From assembly GCF_041248615.1 (NCBI RefSeq), contig NZ_CP158426.1: a DNA stretch of 64,000 nt; one strand, written 5' to 3'. Shown here piece after piece: positions 38,060 through 46,298 of this stretch; the stretch's first letter is position 1, and each line of letters starts with the position of its first letter. The notes below the pieces were generated by a model that saw only the letters and a program-made list of their open reading frames with translations, did no database searches and was not told where the DNA came from. This DNA comes from Escherichia coli (GTDB lineage: Bacteria; Pseudomonadota; Gammaproteobacteria; Enterobacterales; Enterobacteriaceae). A program made the position numbers and the translations under genes.

Positions 38060-39025
38060 ATGAGTGAAGTAACAGATTTAGTTGTTATTGAAAAAGCAAA
38101 TGCAATGACTGTATTTCAGTCTGCCGACCAGATTGAAGAAATCCTTCAAAAGGTTGAACGTGAAGTTATGTCCTTTGTGCCTGATATCACAACGGCAAAG
38201 GGCAGAAAGGAGATCGCTTCTCTGGCGTATAAAGTTGCGCAGACGAAAACATATCTCGATGGTCTTGGCAAAGACCTTGTTGCTGAACTGAAGGAAATTC
38301 CAAAGCTAATTGATGCCAACCGCAAGACAGTGCGTGATCGCCTTGATGAGCTGAAAGCCAAGGCACGCCAGCCTCTTACTGATTATGAGGAAGAACAGGC
38401 GCGGATTAAAGCCGAAGAGGAAGCTAAGGCAGCAGCTGAAGCCCTCGCAAAGCAAATTGAGTCTGACCATGAAATAGCGATTTTGATGGATCGCGAATTT
38501 GACCGCAAAAGAGAAGAGGCAAGACTCAAAGTGGAGCAGGAAAAGCGAGAGCATGAAGAACTCTTAAAAAGAGAAGCTGAAGAGAAAGCCAGAGCAGAAG
38601 CCGAAGCAAAGGCAAAAGCCGAAATTGAAGCAGCAGCAAGGCGAGAAGCAGAAGCTAAGGCAGCAGCGGAACGTGCAGAGCGTGAACGCATTGAAGCCGA
38701 GCAACGAGCACAGCGCGAAGCAAAAGAGGCAGCAGAACGAGCTGAAAGAGAAAAGCAGGCAGCAATTGAAGCAGAACGCCGAAAAGCACAGGAGGAGGCT
38801 GAACGAATCCGTCGCGATGCTGAAGCAAAAGAGCAAGCCAGAATAGCAGAAGAAAAAAGAATCAAGGAAGAAGAGCGTAGAGCAAAGGATAAAGCTCACC
38901 GGAAAGAAGTAAATAACAAAATACTTGCTGACCTTATCAAGGTTGGCGCATCAGAAGATGTTGCTAAAAATATCATAACAGCCATCGTAAAAGGCGAAGT
39001 ATTCGCAACAAAAATAACCTACTAA
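38060..39025 (+). CDS. coiled-coil protein with E/K/A/R-rich low-complexity core, probable recombination-module component
   Basis: 321 aa; central ~150 aa of AEAKAKAEIEAAARREAEAKAAAERAER-type repeats; upstream of the Sak4-like ATPase. Confidence 0.5.
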   Translation: MSEVTDLVVIEKANAMTVFQSADQIEEILQKVEREVMSFVPDITTAKGRKEIASLAYKVAQTKTYLDGLGKDLVAELKEIPKLIDANRKTVRDRLDELKAKARQPLTDYEEEQARIKAEEEAKAAAEALAKQIESDHEIAILMDREFDRKREEARLKVEQEKREHEELLKREAEEKARAEAEAKAKAEIEAAARREAEAKAAAERAERERIEAEQRAQREAKEAAERAEREKQAAIEAERRKAQEEAERIRRDAEAKEQARIAEEKRIKEEERRAKDKAHRKEVNNKILADLIKVGASEDVAKNIITAIVKGEVFATKITY

Positions 39026-39049
39026 TAAAACCAACATAAGGAACCACCC

Positions 39050-39196
39050 ATGATTTACGCAATCGCGGGAGGCGCTCGCATGGGTGCCTTCCAACTAAAT
39101 GAATCTTTACTTGAACGAATCACCCGTAAATTACGTGACGGATGGAAACGCCTTATCGACATACTTAATCAGCCAGGAGTCCCCAAAAATGGATAA
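39050..39196 (+). CDS. small hypothetical protein (48 aa)
   Basis: ATG at 39050 with RBS AAGGAACC; below the ORF-track length cutoff. Confidence 0.3.
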   Translation: MIYAIAGGARMGAFQLNESLLERITRKLRDGWKRLIDILNQPGVPKNG

Positions 39197-39302
39197 AACA
39201 CTTATGGCTATCCAGACTAAATTCACTATCGCCGCTTTTATTGGCGATGAAAAGATGTTTCGTGAGGCCGTCGAAGCCTACAGAAAATGGAGGTCAAAAT
39301 GA
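39189..39302 (+). CDS. small hypothetical protein (37 aa)
   Basis: ATG at 39189, in frame with track ORF 39099..39302. Confidence 0.25.
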   Translation: MDKTLMAIQTKFTIAAFIGDEKMFREAVEAYRKWRSK

Positions 39303-39487
39303 TTCCGGTAGAACTGGCGAAAACTCCAGAGTTAAGTCGATTAAAAAGAGAATATCACATTGCTGAGGCTCGTTACTGGCGTAAAGCGGGAGATAAATCA
39401 AAGAAACAACTTTGCTTATGGCAGGCACAAAGAGAGCGCATGAATGAGCGTGAGTTTCTTTCCTCCCCATCCGAATTACCATTCTGA
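39299..39487 (+). CDS. small hypothetical protein (62 aa)
   Basis: ATG at 39299 (MIPVELAKTPELSRLKREYH...), overlaps previous stop. Confidence 0.35.
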   Translation: MIPVELAKTPELSRLKREYHIAEARYWRKAGDKSKKQLCLWQAQRERMNEREFLSSPSELPF

Positions 39488-39495
39488 GGCAAATT

Positions 39496-40176
39496 ATGGG
39501 AACTGCGACATTAATACTCGGTGAATCTGGCACCGGAAAATCAACCAGCATGAGAAATATCAATCCAGAGGAAGCAATACTTATAAAACCAATAGGCAAG
39601 CCGCTTCCATTTAAATCAAAAGACTGGCTGGCATGGGATGCCAGAGCAAAAAAAGGAACCGTAGTTACCACTGACAAATGGGACGTAATAGTTGCCGTAA
39701 TTAAGCGTGCTCACGAATACGGGAAAAGAATCGTTATTGTTGATGACTTCCAGTATGTGATGAGCAATGAGTTTATGCGCCGCTCAGAAGAAAAATCGTT
39801 TGATAAATTCACTGAGATAGGCCGCCACGCATGGGAGGTGATTAAGGCTGCACAGGATGCACCTGATGACCTGAGAGTCTATTTTCTTGCGCACACCGAA
39901 GAAACCCCTATGGGGCGTGTGAAAATGAAGACTATCGGCAAAATGCTGGACGAGAAAATCACTGTCGAAGGCATGTTTACTATAGTTCTTCGCACCCTTA
40001 CCCGCGATGACCAGTTCTTTTTCACCACGAAAAACAACGGTGCAGACACTGTTAAATCCCCAATGGGAATGTTTGATTCTAATGAGATTGATAACGATCT
40101 CTCTTTCGTCGATGCCACTGTTTGTGATTACTACGGCATCAATAATGTTCATCAAATTAAGGAAAACGCCGCATGA
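39496..40176 (+). CDS. Sak4-like RecA-fold ATPase (phage single-strand annealing/recombination protein)
   Basis: 226 aa; Walker A LILGESGTGKST near the N-terminus and Walker B-like IVIVDD; size and position match Sak4-type recombinases. Confidence 0.65.
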   Translation: MGTATLILGESGTGKSTSMRNINPEEAILIKPIGKPLPFKSKDWLAWDARAKKGTVVTTDKWDVIVAVIKRAHEYGKRIVIVDDFQYVMSNEFMRRSEEKSFDKFTEIGRHAWEVIKAAQDAPDDLRVYFLAHTEETPMGRVKMKTIGKMLDEKITVEGMFTIVLRTLTRDDQFFFTTKNNGADTVKSPMGMFDSNEIDNDLSFVDATVCDYYGINNVHQIKENAA

Positions 40177-40760
40177 GCAACGTGATTTTTACTTATAACG
40201 AAGAAGCAGCACTGACCGCAGGGCAAGGTGGTTTTATTAACGAAACTGGTGCTCATATCATTACCATTACTGAAGCAGAACTAAAGCAATCAGAAAAAGG
40301 AGCCAAATTTATTGAGTTTTCTGGCGAATCTGACGACGGACGTAAAATCCAATATCTTAGCGTCTGTGTTCAGAAAAATGACGGAACGGAAAACAAATTT
40401 GGCGCAAATGTCGTTCACGCCATGATGGGGTGTGCCGGGATTGGACAATTAACGCAACATATGGTTTCCGCCAGTAAATTTGTTGCTCCTGAGTTTCATG
40501 GAAAGAAAATCGGGTTAGTGCTCCAGAAAGTATTAACCACAAACAAAAAGACTGGCGCAGACAGCTACCAGATGGAAATACGCATCCCGTTTATTGCACA
40601 AACAGGTCAAACCCTTAAAGAAAAGGCGGAAGGCAAGCAACCAGAAACTATCGCCAACATGGTTGCCAGCCTCAAAGATAAAGACAATCGCTCTAAAAAC
40701 GTAAGCCAGAATCATGCAGATGATTATGGTTACAGCCAGAACGATTACCCTCCATTCTAG
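40173..40760 (+). CDS. putative single-stranded DNA-binding partner protein with SSB-like acidic C-terminal tail
   Basis: 195 aa ending ...HADDYGYSQNDYPPF, resembling the SSB C-terminal tip (DDDIPF); coupled to the Sak4-like gene. Confidence 0.5.
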   Translation: MSNVIFTYNEEAALTAGQGGFINETGAHIITITEAELKQSEKGAKFIEFSGESDDGRKIQYLSVCVQKNDGTENKFGANVVHAMMGCAGIGQLTQHMVSASKFVAPEFHGKKIGLVLQKVLTTNKKTGADSYQMEIRIPFIAQTGQTLKEKAEGKQPETIANMVASLKDKDNRSKNVSQNHADDYGYSQNDYPPF

Positions 40761-40785
40761 ATTATTGCAAAATAAGGATTCCATT

Positions 40786-41082
40786 ATGCCAGCGCCTCTG
40801 TATGGTGCGGATGACCCGCGCAATTGCTCCGGTAGCTCCAAGGCGGAGGTGCTGGAAAATATCAAAAACAATTTCGACGCGTTTCTTGCTCTGACACCAG
40901 AAACAAAAGCAGAACGGATGTACCGACGCGATATACAACTCGCGCTAAAACAGGAGAAGGACCGAACAAACGAAACAGCAATGAGACCGTTGCGAAAAGC
41001 GACAATAGACAAATTCCCTGAATATATCGACCCGCGCCTGCGTAATTACCGCTCACGCTATGGCGCTATCAGTAATGACTGA
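40786..41082 (+). CDS. hypothetical protein (98 aa)
   Basis: ATG at 40786 with RBS AAGGA; track ORF starts earlier at a non-ATG codon. Confidence 0.4.
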   Translation: MPAPLYGADDPRNCSGSSKAEVLENIKNNFDAFLALTPETKAERMYRRDIQLALKQEKDRTNETAMRPLRKATIDKFPEYIDPRLRNYRSRYGAISND

Positions 41083-41092
41083 GGAATTTACA

Positions 41093-41260
41093 ATGAGAGG
41101 ACTTGCATACAATCCCGGCATTCTTCCGGCAGAAATGATTATTCGCCAACGCGTAAAGCCAATGCCATCGAGAGAGGAATTGCTTAAGAGAAATTCTTTT
41201 CCGTCAGTAAATCAAAACAAATATCTGAATGCGATGTGGCGCAAAGGAGGCAAGCAGTGA
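41093..41260 (+). CDS. small hypothetical protein (55 aa)
   Basis: ATG at 41093 ([19 protein letters not shown]...). Confidence 0.3.
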   Translation: MRGLAYNPGILPAEMIIRQRVKPMPSREELLKRNSFPSVNQNKYLNAMWRKGGKQ

Positions 41261-41556
41261 GTGTATATCTTATTGATAAACGTCGACGTGGGCAACAAAT
41301 ACCACCTGTAGGAATTCCGAATCACACATGGTTTTGCGTACTTGATATCGATGGTATGGATGCGTTGGTTGACACTCGTCATTACTGCGATACCGCAACA
41401 GCTACTCCGGCGAAAGCAAAGAAAATGGCTGCTCTGATAGAAAACTGGACTCCACCTGATGGTTGGTGCAATGGGAATGATCGAGATTGGCATGAAAAAA
41501 TGAAGGGCTATATCTGCGATTTCTTACGTAAATGCAACGGCTTCAGGGTGATGTGA
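41257..41556 (+). CDS. hypothetical protein (99 aa), GTG start
   Basis: GTG at 41257 preceded by strong RBS AAAGGAGG. Confidence 0.35.
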   Translation: MSVYLIDKRRRGQQIPPVGIPNHTWFCVLDIDGMDALVDTRHYCDTATATPAKAKKMAALIENWTPPDGWCNGNDRDWHEKMKGYICDFLRKCNGFRVM

Positions 41557-41557
41557 C

Positions 41558-42175
41558 ATGAACAAGATTGACTATCAGGCACTGCGTGAAGCGGCAGAGC
41601 AGGCAATGCATGACGACTGGGGATTTGACGCAGACCTTTTCCATGAATTGGTAACACCATCGATTGTGCTGGAACTGCTGGATGAACGGGAAAGAAACCA
41701 GCAATACATCAAACGCCGCGACCAGGAGAACGAGGATATTGCGCTAACGGTAGGGAGGCTTCGCGTTGAGCTGGAAGGCAAAGACAGCAAAATAGCCAAT
41801 CTTACCGCCGAACGCGATGCTCTTCGTGAAGGTGAGATGGGCGACGCTAGGCATAGCAACACACGGGCCGCAGCTGATATCTACTTCCAACTGGTCGAGG
41901 AGTGCGAAATTCCTGCTGGCGGATCTCTGGTCGAGTACGTTGACGATATGCGCGAGAAGCTGGAAGCTGCAGAGAAGCGCATTGCAGAGTTAGAAAGTGG
42001 TTCTCAGGCACAAAAGTTAGTTGAAGCAATCATTGTTGCGATAGAAAACGAACAGGAAAGGCTTTTTGATGAAGATTACCTAATGGATTCGAAAGAATGC
42101 ATTGACGTAATTCGTGAAGAAGTAAAGCGATGGAATGATTCCCGTGCCGCTGGCATTCGCATCAAAGGAGAGTGA
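41558..42175 (+). CDS. Ea22-like early protein
   Basis: N-terminus MNKIDYQALREAAEQA... and coiled-coil core typical of lambdoid Ead/Ea22 family proteins. Confidence 0.55.
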   Translation: MNKIDYQALREAAEQAMHDDWGFDADLFHELVTPSIVLELLDERERNQQYIKRRDQENEDIALTVGRLRVELEGKDSKIANLTAERDALREGEMGDARHSNTRAAADIYFQLVEECEIPAGGSLVEYVDDMREKLEAAEKRIAELESGSQAQKLVEAIIVAIENEQERLFDEDYLMDSKECIDVIREEVKRWNDSRAAGIRIKGE

Positions 42176-42176
42176 T

Positions 42177-42719
42177 ATGACCACTATAACCGATAAGAAA
42201 CAGTATCCCAGCGAGCAATATCTTAATGAGCTGATCACCAACATAGAGTTTGCTGCAAGGGCACCAGTTGAAGTCGTGAGAGCGATGGCAGCAGAGCTAC
42301 AGAAGCGGCGCGAAGCTGATAGTGCAGAACCTGCAAGTAATCATGAAGAGTTGCCGCTTGATTATCTCCAAGGTCAAAAAGATGGTCTTGAATGGGCTGC
42401 GCAGCTTGCAGAAGCAAATCACCCACAAACTGGCGACTGGCTTTACGATGACCCGCTGGAGCTGGCTAAAGCTATCAGAAAAGGTCCTGACATGCCCGAA
42501 TTCGATGGACCAACTCCGGTAACTCCGGATGGTTGGATAAGCTGTAGTGAGCGAATGCCCGCTCAAGATGATTGGATTTTAATTTATTCAAAGCACGGCG
42601 AGTATATGGCAGGACAGGTACAAGGGGAATACGTGGAGTTGAGCGACGGCACTTTATCGTGGTTAGGGAACGCCTTGTACTGGATGCCTCTACCGGAACC
42701 GCCGCAGGAGGTGAAGTGA
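42177..42719 (+). CDS. hypothetical early protein with DUF551-like C-terminal domain
   Basis: ATG at 42177; C-terminus ...DGWISCSERMPAQDDWILIYSKHGEY...WMPLPEPP. Confidence 0.45.
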   Translation: MTTITDKKQYPSEQYLNELITNIEFAARAPVEVVRAMAAELQKRREADSAEPASNHEELPLDYLQGQKDGLEWAAQLAEANHPQTGDWLYDDPLELAKAIRKGPDMPEFDGPTPVTPDGWISCSERMPAQDDWILIYSKHGEYMAGQVQGEYVELSDGTLSWLGNALYWMPLPEPPQEVK

Positions 42720-42997
42720 TGGACTCCTTCGCGAAATATACGATTATTGACTGGATAGCCTTCCTTCAGGTTTTACTCATCTGGTTTTATATGGCTTACA
42801 GGAGTGGACAGTGGATTGTCAGTATAGCCTGTAGCAAGGGATGGCGTTGGTGGAACCGAAAGAATAAAAAAGCACTGGCATTGGATTCGTTTTACGAAGC
42901 ATTCAATCTTAACAGCCTTCAGCCTGGTTCTGTCGTTGTAGTCACCACTCAAAGCGGCATGACGATACAAATTCACAAGCCAAAGGATGAAAAATGA
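42719..42997 (+). CDS. small membrane protein
   Basis: 92 aa with one hydrophobic helix (IIDWIAFLQVLLIWFYMAY) then basic segment. Confidence 0.4.
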   Translation: MDSFAKYTIIDWIAFLQVLLIWFYMAYRSGQWIVSIACSKGWRWWNRKNKKALALDSFYEAFNLNSLQPGSVVVVTTQSGMTIQIHKPKDEK

Positions 42998-43083
42998 TGT
43001 GGCCTATATGCGTTAATTGCGGACGGATGTGCCTATCTGGATGGTGCCGAAAGTGCGACAAATGCACGAAGAAAAGACAATAA
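42997..43083 (+). CDS. tiny Cys-rich zinc-ribbon-like peptide (28 aa)
   Basis: MWPICVNCGRMCLSGWCRKCDKCTKKRQ with four CxxC-type pairs; below the ORF-track cutoff. Confidence 0.3.
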   Translation: MWPICVNCGRMCLSGWCRKCDKCTKKRQ

Positions 43084-43142
43084 CAATCCTCGCACTCGCG
43101 GGGATTTCTTTTATCTGAACTCGCTACGGCGGGTTTTGTTTT

Positions 43143-43454
43143 ATGGAGATGATTATGGCCTGTTCAACATTCACCACTTTAACGTTACAGAAATACCAGC
43201 CAGACCCTGAAGATTTATACTCACTGTGTGGCGGAAATCATGGTAAAGCCGCCATGATCGAATGTAAGGACAAAATCCACATATGCCTTAATTGCGTTGA
43301 TGTCCTCGTTGATATCAAAAATGAAAGAGAAGATAAAAAGCGTAGCGAGGCTATTCGCGCCTTAGATTCATGGATGCGAGATGGGTATAGTGCTGCGCAA
43401 ATTTATGACTTAGCCATTTCAAAAGGCGAAATACCAGGAGTGCGCATCGAATAA
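43143..43454 (+). CDS. hypothetical protein with Cys cluster (103 aa)
   Basis: Contains C...C...CLNC; last early-left ORF before xis. Confidence 0.4.
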   Translation: MEMIMACSTFTTLTLQKYQPDPEDLYSLCGGNHGKAAMIECKDKIHICLNCVDVLVDIKNEREDKKRSEAIRALDSWMRDGYSAAQIYDLAISKGEIPGVRIE

Positions 43455-43494
43455 GACGTAACCAATATTCGAATTGAAGAACTGAAAGAACACC

Positions 43495-43518
43495 AAGCCG
43501 CCTGATGGCGGTTTTTTC
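43495..43518 (+). terminator. rho-independent terminator upstream of xis
   Basis: Hairpin GCCGCC-TGAT-GGCGGT followed by TTTTTT. Confidence 0.5.
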
Positions 43519-43544
43519 TTGCGTGTAATTGCGGAGACTTTGCG

Positions 43545-43763
43545 ATGTACTTGACACTTCAGGAGTGGAATGCACGCCAGCGACGCCCAAGAAGCCTTGA
43601 AACAGTTCGTCGATGGGTGCGCGAATGCAGGATATTCCCTCCTCCGGTTAAGGATGGAAGAGAATATCTGTTCCACGAATCAGCGGTAAAGGTTGACTTA
43701 AATCGACCAGTAACAGGTAGCCTTTTGAAGAGGATCAGAAATGGGAAGAAGGCGAAGTCATGA
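43545..43763 (+). CDS. xis: excisionase
   Basis: 72 aa MYLTLQEWNARQRRPRSLETVRRWVRECRIFPPPVKDGREYLFHESAVKVDLNRPVTGSLLKRIRNGKKAKS, lambda Xis; overlaps int start. Confidence 0.92.
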   Translation: MYLTLQEWNARQRRPRSLETVRRWVRECRIFPPPVKDGREYLFHESAVKVDLNRPVTGSLLKRIRNGKKAKS

Positions 43764-44811
43764 GCGCCGGGATTTACCCCCTAACCTTTATATAAGAAAC
43801 AATGGATATTACTGCTACAGGGACCCAAGGACGGGTAAAGAGTTTGGATTAGGCAGAGACAGGCGAATCGCAATCACTGAAGCCATACAGGCCAACATTG
43901 AGTTATTTTCAGGACACAAACACAAGCCTCTGACAGCGAGAATCAACAGTGATAATTCCGTTACGCTACATTCATGGCTTGATCGCTACGAAAAAATCCT
44001 GGCCAGCAGAGGAATCAAGCAGAAGACACTCATAAATTACATGAGCAAAATTAAAGCAATAAGGAGGGGGCTGCCTGATGCTCCACTTGAAGACATCACC
44101 ACAAAAGAAATTGCGGCAATGCTCAATGGATACATAGACGAGGGCAAGGCGGCGTCAGCCAAGTTAATCAGATCAACACTGAGCGATGCATTCCGAGAGG
44201 CAATAGCTGAAGGCCATATAACAACAAACCCTGTCGCTGCCACTCGCGCAGCAAAATCAGAGGTAAGGAGATCAAGACTTACGGCTGACGAATACCTGAA
44301 AATTTATCAAGCAGCAGAATCATCACCATGTTGGCTCAGACTTGCAATGGAACTGGCTGTTGTTACCGGGCAACGAGTTGGTGATTTATGCGAAATGAAG
44401 TGGTCTGATATCGTAGATGGATATCTTTATGTCGAGCAAAGCAAAACAGGCGTAAAAATTGCCATCCCAACAACATTGCATGTTGATGCTCTCGGGATAT
44501 CAATGAAGGAAACACTTGATAAATGCAAAGAGATTCTTGGCGGAGAAACCATAATTGCATCTACTCGTCGTGAACCGCTTTCATCCGGCACAGTATCAAG
44601 GTATTTTATGCGCGCACGAAAAGCATCAGGTCTTTCCTTCGAAGGGGATCCGCCTACCTTTCACGAGTTGCGCAGTTTGTCTGCAAGACTCTATGAGAAG
44701 CAGATAAGCGATAAGTTTGCTCAACATCTTCTCGGGCATAAGTCGGACACCATGGCATCACAGTATCGTGATGACAGAGGCAGGGAGTGGGACAAAATTG
44801 AAATCAAATAA
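43741..44811 (+). CDS. int: tyrosine integrase (lambda Int)
   Basis: 356 aa MGRRRSHERRDLPPNLYIRNNGYYCYRDPRTGKEFGLGRDRRIAITEA... with catalytic R...HxxR...Y region; adjacent to attL. Confidence 0.95.
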   Translation: MGRRRSHERRDLPPNLYIRNNGYYCYRDPRTGKEFGLGRDRRIAITEAIQANIELFSGHKHKPLTARINSDNSVTLHSWLDRYEKILASRGIKQKTLINYMSKIKAIRRGLPDAPLEDITTKEIAAMLNGYIDEGKAASAKLIRSTLSDAFREAIAEGHITTNPVAATRAAKSEVRRSRLTADEYLKIYQAAESSPCWLRLAMELAVVTGQRVGDLCEMKWSDIVDGYLYVEQSKTGVKIAIPTTLHVDALGISMKETLDKCKEILGGETIIASTRREPLSSGTVSRYFMRARKASGLSFEGDPPTFHELRSLSARLYEKQISDKFAQHLLGHKSDTMASQYRDDRGREWDKIEIK

Positions 44812-44884
44812 TGATTTTATTTTGACTGATAGTGACCTGTTCGTTGCAACAAATTGATAAGCAATGCTTTTTTATAATGCCAAC
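44812..44884. promoter_or_regulatory. attP P' arm (Int arm-type and IHF H' sites) retained at attL
   Basis: Sequence between int stop and core that matches my recollection of the lambda P' arm. Confidence 0.6.
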
Positions 44885-44899
44885 TTAGTATAAAAAAGC
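44885..44899. other. attL core (lambda 15-bp common core, reverse orientation)
   Basis: Second exact copy of TTAGTATAAAAAAGC followed by host ybhC-proximal sequence. Confidence 0.88.
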
Positions 44900-44945
44900 A
44901 GGCTTCAACGGATTCATTTTTCTATTTCATAGCCCGGAGCAACCT

Positions 44946-46229
44946 GTGAACACATTTTCAGTTTCCCGTCTGGCGCTGGCATTGGCTTTTGGCGTGACGC
45001 TGACCGCCTGTAGCTCAACACCGCCCGATCAACGTCCTTCTGATCAAACCGCGCCTGGTACCTCTTCTCGCCCGATTCTGTCGGCAAAAGAAGCGCAGAA
45101 TTTCGATGCTCAACACTATTTTGCATCCCTGACACCAGGTGCGGCAGCGTGGAATCCTTCCCCGATTACCCTGCCTGCACAACCTGACTTTGTTGTCGGC
45201 CCGGCGGGTACTCAAGGTGTAACGCATACCACGATTCAGGCGGCGGTAGATGCGGCAATTATCAAGCGTACCAACAAGCGCCAGTATATTGCCGTGATGC
45301 CTGGTGAGTATCAGGGAACGGTGTATGTCCCTGCCGCTCCGGGTGGAATTACTCTGTACGGTACAGGTGAAAAACCGATTGATGTGAAGATTGGGCTTTC
45401 CCTTGATGGGGGCATGAGCCCCGCCGACTGGCGTCACGACGTCAACCCGCGCGGCAAATATATGCCAGGTAAACCAGCGTGGTATATGTACGATAGCTGC
45501 CAGAGCAAACGCAGCGACAGTATCGGCGTTCTCTGCTCTGCGGTCTTCTGGTCACAAAACAATGGCCTGCAACTGCAAAACCTGACCATCGAAAACACGC
45601 TGGGCGATAGCGTAGATGCGGGTAACCATCCGGCGGTGGCACTGCGTACTGATGGCGACAAAGTGCAGATCAATAACGTCAACATTCTCGGTCGTCAGAA
45701 TACCTTCTTTGTCACCAACAGTGGTGTGCAAAACCGTCTGGAAACCAACCGTCAGCCGCGTACTCTGGTGACCAACAGTTACATTGAAGGGGATGTGGAT
45801 ATCGTTTCTGGTCGCGGCGCAGTGGTGTTCGATAACACCGAATTCCGCGTGGTGAACTCCCGTACCCAGCAAGAAGCGTATGTGTTTGCACCGGCTACGC
45901 TGTCCAACATTTACTACGGTTTCCTCGCCGTAAACAGCCGTTTCAATGCTTCCGGTGATGGCGTGGCGCAACTGGGCCGCTCGCTGGATGTTGATGCCAA
46001 TACCAACGGTCAGGTGGTGATCCGTGATAGTGCCATCAACGAAGGTTTTAACACAGCCAAACCGTGGGCTGATGCGGTGATCTCTAATCGTCCGTTTGCG
46101 GGTAACACCGGCAGCGTTGATGATAACGACGAAGTACAGCGCAATCTGAATGACACTAACTACAACCGCATGTGGGAATACAATAACCGCGGCGTGGGTA
46201 GCAAAGTGGTTGCAGAGGCGAAGAAGTAA
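44946..46229 (+). CDS. ybhC: outer membrane lipoprotein YbhC (pectinesterase-like fold)
   Basis: GTG start; signal peptide with lipobox LTACS; 427 aa. Confidence 0.9.
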   Translation: MNTFSVSRLALALAFGVTLTACSSTPPDQRPSDQTAPGTSSRPILSAKEAQNFDAQHYFASLTPGAAAWNPSPITLPAQPDFVVGPAGTQGVTHTTIQAAVDAAIIKRTNKRQYIAVMPGEYQGTVYVPAAPGGITLYGTGEKPIDVKIGLSLDGGMSPADWRHDVNPRGKYMPGKPAWYMYDSCQSKRSDSIGVLCSAVFWSQNNGLQLQNLTIENTLGDSVDAGNHPAVALRTDGDKVQINNVNILGRQNTFFVTNSGVQNRLETNRQPRTLVTNSYIEGDVDIVSGRGAVVFDNTEFRVVNSRTQQEAYVFAPATLSNIYYGFLAVNSRFNASGDGVAQLGRSLDVDANTNGQVVIRDSAINEGFNTAKPWADAVISNRPFAGNTGSVDDNDEVQRNLNDTNYNRMWEYNNRGVGSKVVAEAKK

Positions 46230-46271
46230 AAAAGAAAACCCGATAGTCTGAACCATCGGGTTAATGAAACT

Positions 46272-46298
46272 GGGCGCTATATTTCATAGCGCCTTTTT
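46272..46298. terminator. hairpin plus T-run terminator between convergent ybhC and ybhJ
   Basis: GGCGCTATATTTCATAGCGCC followed by TTTTTTT; a second hairpin (46237..46262) faces the other way. Confidence 0.5.

Larger units (their letters stand above)
2536..44899. mobile_element. lambdoid prophage (~42.4 kb) integrated at attB-lambda between ybhB and ybhC
   Basis: Bounded by two copies of the 15-bp lambda core TTAGTATAAAAAAGC; contains int, xis, cI, cro, N, O, P, Q, lysis and virion genes in lambdoid order. Confidence 0.92.

Noticed and set aside
38383-38899. Long reverse-strand ORFs (Ser/Ala/Arg-rich and Cys/Phe-rich) inside the coiled-coil gene
   Set aside because: Shadow ORFs produced by the GAA/GCA/AAG repetitive coding sequence on the forward strand; the forward frame has RBS and module context.
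38380-38900. Short-period nucleotide repeats that could suggest a CRISPR array or tandem repeat element
   Set aside because: The repeats are codon-level (E/A/K/R) within one continuous ORF, with no repeat-spacer architecture; no CRISPR array is present anywhere in the window.
2536-44899. Possibility that this is an engineered DE3-type lambda lysogen, since the prophage sits at attB-lambda with lambda int
   Set aside because: int is intact and uninterrupted, and there is no T7 RNA polymerase gene, lacI or lacUV5 cassette; the virion module is not lambda-type.
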